From assembly GCF_000150275.1 (NCBI RefSeq), contig NW_002060948.1:372001-436000 (forward strand): 64,000 nucleotides of DNA, in the 5' to 3' direction. Shown piece by piece: positions 51,977 to 64,000 of the stretch. Numbering within the stretch: position 1 is the stretch's first letter; each line of letters begins with the position of its first letter. Source of the stretch: Trichoplax adhaerens. Its lineage: Eukaryota; Animalia; Placozoa. Made by a program: the position numbers and the translations under genes. Under the pieces are notes generated by a model. It had not been told where the DNA came from and did not search any database. It was given only the letters and a program-made list of their open reading frames with translations.

Positions 51977-53241
51977 AAAAAGGATTAATGATCAATTCGT
52001 ACCCTTACTATATTGGCCACTGGTTTGCCTATCCTGGAAATTATAAACCTTACTGTATATCTCGAAAAACGTATCCGTAGGACAGTAAGGAAAGCCATTG
52101 CCGTCACAGAATGATCACAACAATTTTGCTACGGTTACGTTAGTCACAATACTGGTAGAATAAACCTCCCTTTAGCTTACTTTAGCTCAAGATAGAACAA
52201 AATGGTCCTTTTATTGATTTAGCTGCATAATCAAGAGCAACATTTTCCGTAGTAAAATTGACTTGATCTGTAGTAGTTTACAAGAGCATGATCGTAATAG
52301 TGACTATGACTAGCAGGCTTAGCAGAATTAAATATTAATCGCATCAATCGTGAACCAAATTGTATCGAATACTGATCCTTCTACTTTAATACTATGCAGT
52401 TCTTAATTCATAGTCTTGTTCATTTTAACCCTATGCATGTAAGTCGTAAGAATCTGTCCACAATTCCACATATCATGTTGTACACTGTCCAGTACTGTAA
52501 GGTCTTTAAGCTTGTGGACTTCTCTATTTAAAAGTCCATGACACTGTCATAATATATCACTTTGGGTAGTCTAACTTCATATCTTCCGTCTCTTCCATTA
52601 TTTTCTCTAGCAAAGTTGTAATAGAGCAGTACTTCACTATACGCATAACTACAGTATACCAAAAGAAACATTTTTACCACTTTAGAATCAATTAAGGATT
52701 TGATTTTCTAGATCAAATATCGCCAATCTAGGTGACAAATATGAAAATTTATTAGAATCAAGGATGATTCTCCTTATTCCAATTGCACTATTTTATGCGT
52801 CATGAGCCATGCACAAATGCCGTGCGTCAAAGCGGAGTAAAACTGCTTTAAATGTGCAATTAACTTCGTCGAGTAGGAAATTCTTAGTCCAAATATCATC
52901 GGAAAAGGCCGACGTTGTCGATAGGAGAGTAGGGGGCTTCTTAGGCGGTCTCTTTCTAGTACTGTAGCAGCCTATGTTATAACACGTATACCACCCTTCA
53001 ATCCTTATACTGTGGCTAGTCTTAAGCAGTACGCTTTGAGGCTCTACCCAGAGTACAGTACTGAAGCTCTATCGTAAAGTAGACTACCACGCATGATTTC
53101 ATTCACAACCAAGTGGAAAGTTATTTTAATCATCGCCGATTCGCTATCGTCTTGGAAAACATTACTTACTCCTATGACGATAGATTGACCATTTGTACAC
53201 CTTGTAGTGCAAGATTAGAAATTCAAGAGCAATTGAAAAGA

Positions 53242-56200
53242 ATGGAAAAGGGGCTTAATCGATATGAAATCAAACGATACAGCCGACATTTACTTTTACC
53301 TCAGCTCGGTGTCATTGGCCAGCAAAAAATCAACCAAGGCAAAGTATTGATTGTAGGTGCTGGAGGTTTGGGATGTCCGGCAGCGTTATATTTAACCTCT
53401 TCTGGTGTAGGTAAGAGCAATTGGCATGGCGTAGGATATCATCAAGGATGATAGGGTTCATTTTGTACAATCAACAGCTTAGATAAGGCATGATAAGAGT
53501 TATGAATGGATGCTTGATTACCATCATCATCGTAGAACTAGCATGCTGTATTCGATCAACAGTGAATGAATGAATTAAACGAAAGCTGAAAGAGCGAGTA
53601 AACTATACGTGTATAGAGATAACTATCAACGGCAACATTACATACATCGATCATAAAAATAGCCTCGAGTTGATTCTTGCAATCTTGAAATGTATCCGCT
53701 TGTAGCATAGATATATAATACACCACAGTACTATCAATCACAATCTAGCCCCTACTGTAACAATATGATTTACCCTAAATGACTGTAGTTGAAAGAGAGA
53801 ACAGACATAAAATATTAATCTGCTCGTGAAATAATTATGAGCATAGACTACTAGATCACGTCTGATATTATTTAGTAGTACATTGCAACAACTTTAATGG
53901 CTAACGTCAGTATATTTAATAAGAATAATAATTAATTAGAGGCAGAGACACTTATGTGTGCAATATTCTCTATATACTTACAAGTACACGCTCGTAGACA
54001 TACTTTTATAGTTAGTATAGAATTACATACTTCTCGTTAGATACATGCACATCTTCAAATCAATCAATTAGGCAAACATACTTTATCATAATGGATACAC
54101 CTGCAATCTCAATCATTAGTCGGTACTGTACAGTATTTGGATAATTCCCAACATTTTTACATCGAACGACTGCTATTTAAGGAATCACTAGACATACCAA
54201 TTCAATATCCATTTATATTTACAAATAACTTATTGCTTAGCTATTAATGACGCATATGATCAATTTCTTTCCCTAGGTACAATCGGTATAGTGGATTATG
54301 ATGTAGTGGAATTGGATAACCTACATCGGCAAATTCTGCATAGAGAGAATAAATTAGGCACACCTAAATGTCTATCTGCGACACAGTCTATGCAAGAGTC
54401 AGTAGCCAATGCCAATACTGTACATCCTAAATTAGGATCTTTGTCATAACTCAGTCTATTCTACAATTACTACAAATGTCGTCATAGAAGATCTATAAAA
54501 GCAAATCTACTAAGATCTTAATTAATCTTGATTATGCCTAACAAATAATAAGTTTATTCATTTACTAGATTAAATTCAACGATCAAGTGTCTTCCTTACC
54601 AGTTGCAATTGGATAGCCAAAATGCAATAGAAATTATTTCTAAATATCCTATATTACAAATCCACTGCTTAAAGTGATCTCTCATTATAATAACTTATAT
54701 TTTTCATATTCGATACCAATTCTGCCTTTGCCGCTAATATTACGTAATCTATAATCACAAATGTTATTACCTTAATTCACCCTTTTATTGATATCACGTA
54801 TGATATTGTATTGGATTGTACAGATAATGTTGCTACAAGATATCTACTTAATGATGCTTGCGTCTTATGCAAAAAACCGTTAATTTCTGGCAGTGCCTTA
54901 AGATTTGAAGGCCAACTAACTGTATATAATTGTAATAATGGGCCTTGCTATCGATGCTTATTCCCTACTCCTCCGCCCCCAGAAACTGTCACAAACTGTT
55001 CGGATGGGGGTGTGCTCGGCGTAGGTATGAATGTAAAGAGTAAAACATTTGTTCTCACATAGCTTAATCACTACTGAATTTTACCAAAACCGAAACATTT
55101 ATATTAACGTGGCAAAAAATTGTATGATATTTATGATATACTGTATGTGTACAGATTAGTAGCGATAGCTCATTAACACCCGAAATGTATTCCGGTAATC
55201 AATTGCTAATTTACACCTTTTATTTAACAGTGATTTGAAGGTAATATGTAAATTGTTTCATCTAAAATCTAATGCACGTAAAATTATAAATGGATAACAA
55301 TGACAATCTTTATAGAAATAATCAATCAAAATCTCTATGTTAATCAATTAATTATTGCCTATACTTAGTTCCCGGTATTATAGGTCTTAATCAAGCCTTA
55401 GAAGCCATAAAAATTCTGACTGGATTACAACGTATCTTTTTAATCTTATTGTTGCAATGGAGTCACTACTGTACTTATAATACTGTATTTATATTAACTG
55501 TAGTATAGCCAATGAAATACTTTATAAATTGCTGCCAGAACTAAATCCAAGTTAATAACTACACTATTTTCAATGCTTATTAATTTTACTATCTACAGCC
55601 TATAAATATTTATAGCCGTTATGCTAGTGCCTGGAAATTTTTCAATTACTTTCTTTGACTTTAATCTTGATATTTCTCAAATTCAGCTGCATATTCACAA
55701 CGTATGCTACTGTTTGATGCATCGAGTGGCTCTTATCATGTATTCAAGTTAAGAAATCGTCGGCCAACTTGTCCTTTATGTGGTGATAACCCTACTATTC
55801 ATGAGCTCCAGGATTATGTCCAGTTTTGTAAAGCCTCAGCAACAGATAAGGTATCGCCAATAGATATATTCATTATACGCACAAATCAAATTCTATATAA
55901 ACTACATCACTTTAAATCGGTCTACCTAGTACAAAATTGTAGTCTCAATTTCTTTTAGGCACGTCAAATTGAGTTACTGACACCGGAGGAAAGGATCTCA
56001 GTTGATGTAAATTGCTTTATTAATACATTGATATGGTTACTTTCACGAGTAATGTCATCTAAAATATTACTTTTGATTGACAGGATTATAAAAAAATTTA
56101 TGATGAAGGTCAAAATCACGTACTATTGGATGTTCGCGAAGAAGTAGAATACAACATATGTCGCCTACCGCAATCTATTAATATCCACCAATATCTCATA

Positions 56201-56759
56201 ACAAACGATCTACTATCGATTTTAAATCAAATTGTATTACAGTATATGATAAAATTAAAGCAAAATCCTAGTTTTATCCTTAGCTATTACTACATATTCC
56301 GCTATCTCAAATCGATAAACGTACTGATGAATTCCGTAAAATTATCAATGATGCCATTAAAGATGACTCCTTCGACAAGCGTAATGCTTACCCAGGTAAA
56401 TCAGTATTCCATGTCTACATTAAAGTCCATCGTAGTACCAACGACAAAATTGGCTATTGTCCTTTTATACACCCAAATAAGACTCTGGTTATAGAAATTT
56501 TAATATTATCATTATGCAGCTATAAATTTATCTAATAGTAGCACGTATCGTATTATAATGCTCCTTTTCAGTTAATATAGATAATTTTTAATTCAATATA
56601 GTTTACGTAGTGTGTCATCACGGCAATGATTCTCAAAAAGCAATAAAAAGACTACAAGAAATAATCTCGGATTGGGAGCAAAATATTATATATAAAGATA
56701 TCGAAGGAGGCCTTGACTATTGGGCTAAAATTGTTGATAATGAATTTCCAGAATACTAA
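53242..56759 (+). CDS. MOCS3: Adenylyltransferase and sulfurtransferase MOCS3/UBA4 (ThiF/MoeB plus rhodanese), at least 407 aa
   Basis: Exons 53242-53410, 54277-54397, 54569-54643, 54798-55024, 55369-55431, 55687-55850, 55959-56006, 56084-56180, 56294-56395, 56602-56759 (1224 nt). Motifs [63 protein letters not shown]...D..FPEY*. True start may lie further upstream. Confidence 0.96.
54644..54797 (+). other. U12-type AT-AC intron (MOCS3 intron 3)
   Basis: 5' ATATCCTAT; branch-like TACCTTAAT at 54768-54776; ends ...ATATCAC. Splicing restores [13 protein letters not shown]. Confidence 0.9.
55432..55686 (+). other. Probable U12-type GT-AG intron (MOCS3 intron 5)
   Basis: 5' GTATCTTTT; branch-like TTCTTTGAC/CTTTAAT at 55651-55665. 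Splicing restores [15 protein letters not shown]. Confidence 0.8.
56181..56293 (+). other. U12-type AT-AC intron (MOCS3 intron 8)
   Basis: 5' ATATCCAC; branch TCCTTAGC at 56277-56284, about 10 nt before terminal TAC. Splicing restores [15 protein letters not shown]. Confidence 0.88.
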
Positions 56760-59700
56760 CCCAACAGCGTTGTAAGTATATCAAGACCTAATTTCTATTG
56801 TGTAGTACTACATTGTAGAATCTATATTGCTTAGTTGCCAATTAACCTTTTTTATGCCTGCATATTATTCATATTGCAATGATAATCATTTAGTAACACA
56901 GTATATTTGATCCCTGCACGTGCATACGTTCGTTATTTCTCGACTTTAATAAGAAAAAATAACTTTAGCATCATATTTTTGTACATTCCATTACAGCAGA
57001 TACTGTATGGTAACATTAAAAGGAATCATGCTTAAAGATCGGAAGCGACGACGCAAAACTGAGTATTGTACAGCATAATCAAAGAATTATCTTAACGTGG
57101 AATATCTGATTATACTACGATCATACAATCATATTCTATGTGCTATTGTTGTTTAATAGTGGTAATGAAAAATAAATGCAATTGTTATCAACTATGTTTC
57201 CTAAGGTAATGATGACAACATTTTGTTCATCAATTATTATAATTCCAATAATATGACTAAATTAAAATTTAAACTTTTTATTTGAATCGCTTATATTAAC
57301 AAACTGAAAAGCTGCTAAGATAGCGGGAAAGTGTGATATATTAGTTTAAAATTACACATAAAAAATACATGTCAAACCACACGCTTGCAGAGACCAATAC
57401 AAAGCAAGCTCAAAGGTAGTAAATAAATTCATGATTTACAGTATACATCCATTAATGCATTACAATTTTATCGTACAGTATGCCTACTTGTGCATGATCT
57501 ACTAAATACTAACACGATTTAGCAATCTTGACACAGATGGCTCATGAAAATCTGCTAACCGTTGAAGGTGAGCCATTTCGTATTACTGTGTTCACAATTA
57601 ACTTATAAGCAACTTTCATGATATTAAAAACAAGGCATTCTAGAAGATATTACAGTAATAAAAATTGGCTTACTGATGTCTTAATTATTAGATGATTAAT
57701 TATATTATTATTATTACTATTAAACATATCAATCGATATATAGATTGTGCTAGTGTAATAACTTGGTCAATTTTATAAGTAGTTAGCTTTCGCTTTCGGT
57801 ATTAATTATAGCAGAAGCTACATAGCAGTCTTTTTCATCTTAAAATAAAGTTATAATATTACACTGCACTAGCAAAAGATTTGCACAGGTTATAGATGTT
57901 GCAAAGAACAGCTAAACTGAACAGGTATTCATTGTATAATACAAGCTTGAGATTGATCAGTGGTATTACCAGTAGCTTTAGCAAAGCAAATTGCTTGCAT
58001 CCATTCATTTTGATCGTCTCGATTACAAGCATGGATATAGTATATCCGTTTACTTTTATGTGGTTTAATACAAAAACAAAATTCCTTCTTATCGATGCTA
58101 CTTTCAGCTAATTCACAGCCTTCTAGCTCTAAACTCTTTATTAAATCCTAAATAAAATACATAAATAACGTCTAAATACAGGAGCATATATGTTAGGCTA
58201 TCGTAATTAGCTACGCGAATTTTATCAAATAATATTTATTCTTAATTTCTGCTTCCAAGATGCTTAAAAAATGTATAGAATTACTATATTGTATATACGT
58301 AAATGCTGTAATCGATATAAAAGGACGACATAAGATAACAACTGTAAGAAATCAACAATTAACAAGCAAGTACTGTAAGTAATCAAGTAATGTAATTTAC
58401 TATAACCTTAACAATAGTAACTTAGCATATGTATATTGCAATAATACGATGGATATGAGGCTAATACGTACTATCCCATGAACTATTAATCATCGTTCTA
58501 TCTGTTAGCATATATCTATTCGGTATCGGTAATGGATATTCTATGATGGCAAACGTAAACTTAAACTATTAATAATTAATATCGCAATCTGGAACCTCAA
58601 TTGAGTTATATTCGTTGCATCTCTATACTCATGAGCTCAATATCTAACTATATTAATGATTTATGAACTGTTGCGATAATGAAATTGTAGACAATACATT
58701 ATTATTGGGTTAGTGATACATTTTGCCATAGATAGATATTGTCTGCTACAGTTACCTAGATTCCAATTTTCTAAATTGTAATATGAGTACATATCTTTTA
58801 CTTTTTAATATGATCTATGCTAATACTATCATGATAATTGATAGCTCGACGTAGTTTACATTATACATACGGAATCACAAATTACACCTTTTATGCGATA
58901 AATATAAAATTACTGCTAGAAACGAAGATAATAAATTAGGACTGTATACGGCACCTTACACTATACTTTCAATATTTTAATAGGTTGGTAAGATTTTGCG
59001 TACTACATTGTGTTAGACTACATCAATTTGAATTAGTATATGGTATTAACAATCAAGATATTAAATTAGTAAGCATACTGTACAATTACCTGCATCGTTA
59101 AAGCTGATGCATTTATTGAACTGATTGCATTAAATTAGACGACAGTTTTTACGCCTACAGCATAAATATTATAGCTATAAAAGATCCTCATCAGTCCATC
59201 CTAATTATGATGGCGCTATATTTAAATTACTGGCAGCCTTTTACTCTTGATATGTAATATTTGCTACCGATATAGTATGTACTTTATAAATAACTTTCGT
59301 TATTTATTCTATCAACTACTATACACTAGATATTTACCCTAACTGGTATTAATCACCAATATAGCGCTTCTGTATATTCGTATAGTGATAATCATTGAAA
59401 TTACTGATTGAATCTTTATGATTTACTCCGATGCCGTTAATTAACGGGTACCAGTTTTAACTGTAGCAAATAGTGAAAAATACTGCATTACGGTGGTTTT
59501 GTTTTTACCCTTTACTCTTAACGAAACTATCCATGTTATACTTTAGCAAATAGTAGTCAAAATTGTTTCAATCTCTAACAGCACTCTCAAGCAATATTCC
59601 AGACAACTACTGTACCGTATTTTAGCAAATGGTTCATGATTATTTCAATTACTATATGTATTCATTTTTCTTGCTCTAGACTGTGTTAACTGGTAATACT

Positions 59701-60599
59701 CTACTTTCGTTAATAGCAAAAATTTAAATGGTTCAAAAAGCAAATAAAAAAATTATAAGATTTAAAATTTTGTAAGTATTACTTTGCTTGAGGTGAATAA
59801 TAACAATCCTTATTAAAAAATATAAAGATGTAATTTTAGTCTGTATGATATTTAATTAACTTACTAGTTAAAGTCCATTAGTGAGTGTACTAACCTTTTT
59901 TAAATAGTCTATCAACTATGTCAAACAGTTTATTGGTTGAAAAAGATTTACTGACATACAAAATGTATCATTATCCCTATATCGAAAAATGATTATGGCG
60001 ATTACTTTATTATATCAGTCATTAATCTTATACCTGTTCACTCTCTCCATAGTATAGTTTAGTATCTTTCAATCGAAACCATAACTTTTTCCATTTATGA
60101 GCAACAAAATTACTATGCCGCTTATACAACCAACCTTCTTTATGACTATTACCGGATTCCTCCATATTGGTCGTCGATTTTTTACCGGTAAAAAATCTAA
60201 AATGTACAATTGATTTGATTAATAATCAGCTAAGGATTGTGAATATTCATCAATATTTTATGCTTTTTAAAATGTTCTTCGAAAGTGAAAAATGAAAGTC
60301 ATTACCGATAGCTATTTCAACTAGTCTAATATAAACAATTTTTGACAGCTTATTCTAGGCTAATATTTTCCATTTGATACTTCTTGACAACGACTCTGAT
60401 TATTCATAATTTCAAGATGTAAAGAAGTCATTCCTCAGAGCAGGTTCATAGCTAAAGTAATGTTATTTTTGACGTGATAAAATCGTCATTTTAAGGAATA
60501 GATTATACTCTAGTCTACCATTTTTCGCGCATCGCCTCCATTGCAGTACTCATGTCTACGTATGGTCTTCCGCTAATGAATAAAATTATCTAGAGTATT

Positions 60600-61650
60600 A
60601 ATGTAAAGGAGTTAGGTCCATCAATAGAATATAGATGATCAATTTTATACTAATTTTGTCGCTATGATACAGTTATCCCTGGAGATTGCCTTTTGTATCT
60701 AAGCCGACTTTTAATCTTGGTTATAGACCATTTGCTCATGAACTGAACATCTATGGTCTTAATATAATGGAGTTACTATGTTTAGTAAACTATACATCAT
60801 CTGAAGTAGCAGTATTTTTATCGCTATGATAGCAGCACTATCCTACGAATGCTTCTTTGTGCATCTATTTCAATTTACAATCCTGATTGCATTAAATACT
60901 TTCCATCCGCTCCCTTTACTCAATCGTATCATCCGTGATCTTAGTTTAAGTTGGTTTGGCTTCTTATAGGCTATAAATCATCTAATCACGGCTGATTTTT
61001 TACTCCCATGATACCGTATCCTGTGAAATACATCTAATTTCTACTTATTTTAACCTCTGATCTTGATTGTATTAACATCTTCTATTGCTACCTTTCACCA
61101 AGGATTAGAATAACTCATGATGTTAATATCACTAAGTTAGTCGTTTAATCATTTCTTAATCAATTGCATTAATGCTTCGTCGCTAAGATACTCTGAAATG
61201 GATCTTTTCTACCTATCTATTTTAGCTTTCGATCTTGGTAACGTTAACATTTTCTATCCGCTACCTCTTACCTATAACTAATATCATTTATGATCTTGAT
61301 ATAAGCGAGTTGGCCTATTCCATAGGCTGTAAATCATTTACAGTAGTAATATTTCGTCGCCAAGGTGTGTTACCCAATAGCATGGATCGTGGCGTTTGAA
61401 AACTACTTTCAGTTATGATCTGGATTGCATAAATACGTCATACTTTCCATCTGCTATCTTTTTACTCGTAGATTTAATTCCTAGCAGTCTTAGTTAATAC
61501 AAAGCGGTTCGTTCCCCAATAGACGATAGCTGATCTATATTAACAGCATTTTCGTCGCTATGATATCGTTATCCTACGAAGTAGTTCATTTTATTTGTGT
61601 TTATTTCAATTTTCTATTCTCAATTGTATTAATACTTTCTACTCTCTATC
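60600..61650. repeat. Old degenerate tandem array, ~6 units of ~165-200 bp
   Basis: Anchor TCGCTATGATA-like near 60659, 60822, 61004, 61180, 61357, 61555, each followed by ..ATCCT..GA..GATTG(C/T)ATTAA..TTCCATC.GCT. Confidence 0.7.
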
Positions 61651-64000
61651 TGACAAACTGCAATTACCGACAATTTTACTGTCGAGAAGTCAAATTTCCT
61701 GAAAAACTCTACTTCTACGGTAATAGCATTTTCACTGGTATGACCCCGTTATTCTGCGGAAGTGATTATACAGTCATAGAGAAGCGATGATAAAGTGTTG
61801 ATAACAGTAATTGAGAGATCGAAGGTGCTGCTTAATGATTAACTAGATTTACTTCTAAAAGCAAATATGATGATAGAATAAAACAGTCGTGAAAAACGTC
61901 TTTGATTATCATAAAACTGATGAAGATGAATAAAAAAGCCAAACCATTACTGCCTGATCTATACTTGAGGATGTATTAACATGCAGGTATGATTAATTAA
62001 TTTTAACTAGTTAACCGATGATAACTTATAACGGAACTGGTCTATGTTACCATTAATATCACAACGGTGATATCGATAAAGAGTGATACTCCCATCTATT
62101 TCGTCAAGATTAATACCAGTAACAAGAACTAAGTAAAACAAAATTAGAGATGGAGAAGCACTTACCAGCAATTAGCAAAGTAAAGCTTAAATCTTGTCCA
62201 ATCCCGATAGCAAAGGGAAATCAGCGTTTAGACAACTGGCGATTGCCTACAAGCTCTAATGTGCACTGTGATTATTACTGCGATGATATACTGTTGTACG
62301 TATAGGTTAGAGTATAAAATTACTAATTACCCTATTTCAGTCTTCTATACTATCTGCAATCTCATAATGATTGCTTTACTCAATACAATAGACTGTAGCT
62401 AGGGCAGCTAGTATTCCATGAGTATGCATATTATTATAATATGATCATGGTTACAGTTCCGGATCTCTCTTCTACCATTAATATAACCAGTATTACTATC
62501 AATTATATAGTTAACTGATAGCAACTGTGACAACAGTACTAACCACTGGCTATACAAATAAGGTTATAATTTTTAATCAATACAAACTAGATCAGGGTTG
62601 GGCTTATTTCTATTATTTTGGTTGATAGGTGGGGAGTCAAAAGTATAATATTCGTAAGGGCTATATTTAACTACCCAGTCCCACCCAAGTAAAAGGAAGG
62701 GCCGTGACGTGGATGATAATAAAAAACACATGTATGGTCTTTTAGTAATTTATTCAAATCTCTATATCATAAAATCTACTCGTTAACGAATGTTAAAGCT
62801 TAAAACAAATGTATAGAGATAGATGACATATAATTGTATAATTCTAATTACAGCCTGTCTCGACCACACCCACTCAGAATTCAATATCTGTCATAATAGT
62901 TAGCAATCTTTACAACGTCTTCAAAGCATTGCTGTATACTTACAATGAATTAATTTAATCCTGAAATTAAATAGTGTAGCTGCAAAGGTATACCAGTCTT
63001 GTTTGGATTGTGGAATACCGTTTTTCTCGGATAGAAATAATTATCAGCTACAGAATTGTAATACTTTATCAACGTTGTTTAATTATTAGTATGAGCAGAT
63101 AGCAATTAATTTAAACATGAATGTTGAGACGGTTTTACGATAAGTCTTTATTTGAACGCCTGTCCTGCTCCTTACTCTTACATGTACAACCGTCGCAGCT
63201 GGTCCCTTATCCAGTGATTATATATATATAGTTGTATATCAAACGTTATCATACCGGACTATCTATCCCTAATACCTTAATACAGTATTCATGTTTAAAG
63301 TGTACCAACTACCAAGTCATAAGCTACACATCGAATACTATGAACCACACGAATGGACATACAAAGACGTATATCGTCGCAAATGTTGCGGTAATCACCA
63401 CAATTTGAATCCTTGATGACATGCAATCTCTCATTAACTGTATTTAAATAAAAGGAAAACAACATGACCATGACGAGGCAACAATAGAACGTGTATTTCT
63501 ATCATAGTTATATATCAACGCATTTGATTTTAAAATTACAACTACGCGTATTACAGCCACCTAGTATATTAGCCTTGTTTTGATTGTTCAAGTGCCATTT
63601 ATCTCCGGATATGGACGACTTGATATCAATCGTAGATATGAGATTTTTCATACAACACCGTGAATTAGTGACATGCAGCTGCAGATAATTAATTAAAACA
63701 ACGCAAGCGTCGCAGTAATCGCTACAACTTTCATTCACAATGCTTTGCATGATATCTGTATTGTATTTTAAATGTCTCGACATAAGTCATTTTGAAATGA
63801 AAGATTTCTCCTATACTTCTATAACCTAAATATTACATTATGAATTATGGATAGCACGGATGCTACTATAATCGTAGGGGATTTTTATCGTGATAATATA
63901 TAAAATATTTCTTGTACTTCAAATACTGCGAATCGATACTATAATGTACAAATAAAAACTAAACATGTACTCGTACTCTTATAATTTCAAATTTAGCATC

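Noticed and set aside
53113-53241. GTG-initiated N-terminal extension of MOCS3 given by the ORF track
   Set aside because: Non-ATG start and not MOCS3-like; more likely UTR or intron (possible acceptor TGTAG near 53207).
55851-55958. MOCS3 intron 6 begins GTATCG; possible fourth U12 intron
   Set aside because: Positions +6 onward (GCC) deviate from CTT/TTT, no CCTTAAC-like branch is visible, and it has a normal pyrimidine tract. At most a converted relic.
63508-63783. 91-aa Cys-containing ORF on the minus strand
   Set aside because: No recognisable domain or signal peptide, and no exon chain could be built.
1-64000. tRNA, rRNA, snRNA or transposase/RT coding sequence
   Set aside because: None recognised by eye; an Rfam, tRNAscan or tblastn search is needed to exclude them.

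Overview
AT-rich, intron-dense eukaryotic (animal) genomic DNA. The compact short introns and intronless divergent GPCR suggest a placozoan such as Trichoplax, but this is inference. Seven genes were traced by hand: (1) a 21-exon, ~795-aa protein with repeated SAXO/Mn-like microtubule-binding motifs and two EF-hand pairs, preceded by an RFX X-box (+, 1641-9181); (2) RPAP1 (-); (3) an intronless TSPO ending in KKxx (-); (4) a reticulon (+); (5) MAPKBP1/WDR62 with a tandemly duplicated exon (-); (6) an intronless class-A GPCR (-); (7) MOCS3/UBA4 (+). In MOCS3, 3 of 9 introns look U12 (minor-spliceosome) type: two AT-AC and one GT-AG. Non-coding DNA holds two young tandem arrays (115/149 bp, and related 113/~230 bp units interrupted by a 34-bp perfect hairpin), a second MITE-like hairpin and several old degenerate arrays. 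Exon coordinates are manual and unverified by transcripts.
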